The notes under the pieces are model-generated. The model worked only from the letters and a program-made list of their open reading frames with translations, searched no databases and was not told the origin of the DNA. This document shows, piece by piece, positions 62,701 through 64,000 of a stretch of DNA of 64,000 nt; position 1 is the stretch's first letter, and every line of letters starts with the position of its first letter. This DNA comes from the human T2T-CHM13v2.0 reference genome, Homo sapiens. The stretch is taken from contig CP068257.2 of the NCBI GenBank assembly GCA_009914755.4, forward strand, positions 1,504,001-1,568,000, read 5' to 3'. A program made the translations under genes and the position numbers.

Positions 62701-64000
62701 TACACAAACTATAAATTATATACTGTACATAAAATATGAAATTACATCAAATATATATTAGGTACATAAAATATGAAAGTACATCAAATATAGATTATAT
62801 ACTGTACATAAAATATAAATGTACCCCAAATATATATTTTATACTATACATGAAATATCAAAGTTCACAAACCATATATTGTATACTGTACATAAAATAT
62901 CAAAGTACCCAAGGTATATATTCTATACTGTACAAAAAATATCAAAGTACCCAAAGCATGTATTATATACTGTACATAAAATATGAAACTACATCAAATA
63001 TATATTTTATTCTGTACATAAAATATCAAAGTACACCAGATATATATTCTATAGTGTACATAAAATTTCAAAGTACCCAAACTATACATTATGCACTGTA
63101 CATAAAATATGAAATTACATCAAATATATATTATATTAGGTACATAAAATATGAAAGTACATCAAATATAGATTATATACTGTACATAAAATATCAAATT
63201 ACCCCAAATATATATTATATACTCTACATGAAATATCAAAGTTCACAAACTATATATTATATACTGTACATAAAATATCAAAGTACCCAAGGTATATATT
63301 CTATACTGTACAAAAAATATCAAATTATCCAAACATGTATTATATACTGTATATAAAATATGAAATTACATTAAATATATATTTTATTGTGTACATAAAA
63401 TATCAAAGTACACCAGATATATATTCTATAGTGTACATAAAATATCAAAGTACGCAAACTATAAATTATATACTGTACATAAAATATGAAATTACATCAA
63501 ATATATATTAGGTACATAAAATATGAAAGTACATCAAATATAGATTATATACTGTACATAAAATATCAATGTACCCCAAATATATATTTTATACTCTACA
63601 TGAAATATCAAAGTTCACAAACCATATATTATATAATGTACATAAAATATCAAAGTACCCAAGGTATATATTCTATACTGTACAAAAAATATCAAATTAC
63701 CCAAAGCATTTATTATATACTGTACATAAAATATGAAAGTACATCAAATATATATTTTATTCTGTACATAAAATATCAAAGTACACCAGATATATATTCT
63801 ATAGTGTACATAAAATATCAAAGTACCCAAACTGTACATTATACACTGTACATAAAATATGAAATTACATCAAATATATATTATATTAGGTACATAAAAT
63901 ATGAAAGTACATCAAATATAGATTATATACTGTACATAAAATAACAAAGTACCCCGAATATATATTTTATACTGTACATGAAATATCAAAGTTCACACAC
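59800..64000. repeat. Alpha domain 3. The 373/378/751-bp HOR resumes, and the array continues beyond the window end.
   Basis: 'MKLHQ' short-F signature at 60115, 62363, 62736 and 63486 (62736 to 63486 is 750 bp). Only alpha-type monomer variants are present. Confidence 0.7.

Larger units (their letters stand above)
1..64000 (+). repeat. Continuous head-to-tail tandem array of a ~42-bp AT-rich satellite monomer. All copies share one polarity and the array is truncated at both window edges.
   Basis: TGTACATAAAATAT[C/G]AAAGTAC recurs every 42 bp (occasionally 37, 38 or 43 bp) across the whole window. No segment longer than about one monomer lacks the motif. GC content is about 25%. Confidence 0.97.

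Noticed and set aside
1-64000. A CRISPR array, because of the regular ~42-bp periodicity.
   Set aside because: No alternation of conserved repeats with unique spacers exists. Every unit is a variant of the same monomer, contiguous head-to-tail. There are no cas genes or leader, and the repeat is AT-rich with a length distribution unlike CRISPR repeats.
1-64000. Mobile element, terminal inverted repeats or LTR structure.
   Set aside because: No inverted-orientation copies exist and there are no target-site duplications. No ORF has transposase or integrase-like complexity. All similarity is direct tandem repetition.
1-64000. Telomeric or subtelomeric repeat, or rDNA intergenic spacer repeats.
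   Set aside because: No TTAGGG-type or other short G-rich telomere motif is present. No rRNA-like GC-rich sequence flanks the repeats. The monomer is 42 bp and A/T-rich throughout.
1-64000. Prokaryotic origin, which the task's feature vocabulary suggests.
   Set aside because: Sixty-four kilobases of uninterrupted non-coding 42-bp satellite at 25% GC with HOR structure is characteristic of eukaryotic heterochromatin. Nothing resembling bacterial gene density is present. I cannot strictly exclude an exotic source from sequence alone.

Overview
The whole 64 kb window is one uninterrupted, single-orientation tandem array of a ~42-bp, AT-rich satellite monomer (about 25% GC, roughly 1,500 copies). 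The top strand reads A>T and C>G. The array runs off both ends of the window. Each monomer has a conserved 22-bp half, TGTACATAAAATAT[C/G]AAAGTAC, bounded by two self-complementary GTAC cores, and a variable ~20-bp half that defines at least nine monomer types (A to I). Monomers are arranged in higher-order repeats (HORs). A 9-monomer HOR of 378 bp alternates with a 373-bp version carrying a 5-bp deletion, giving an 18-monomer unit of 751 bp ('alpha' type). HORs are grouped into three domain types, alpha, beta and gamma. Beta and gamma carry diagnostic monomer variants and their own HOR periods of about 2519, 2392, 3737 and 1047 bp. On top of this there are kilobase-scale segmental duplications at 99% identity or higher. 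Positions 472-6126 match 8481-14135 at an offset of 8009 bp. Positions 25.4-39.7 kb match 49.4-59.4 kb at offsets of 23993, 23154, 23280 and 19717 bp, with a ~3.4 kb block of 1047-bp repeats missing from the second copy. Overall the window reads alpha, beta, gamma, alpha, beta', gamma', alpha. I find no credible protein-coding gene, RNA gene, CRISPR array, mobile-element insertion or non-satellite spacer anywhere. Every ORF in the supplied track is an artefact of 42 bp equalling 14 codons in stop-poor AT-rich DNA. These ORFs are broken exactly where the 5-bp indels and variant stop codons occur. The sequence is almost certainly a eukaryotic heterochromatic satellite, possibly centromeric or pericentromeric. 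I cannot name the organism or satellite family from memory. The interesting content here is repeat architecture, not a gene-encoded system, and I will not invent one.
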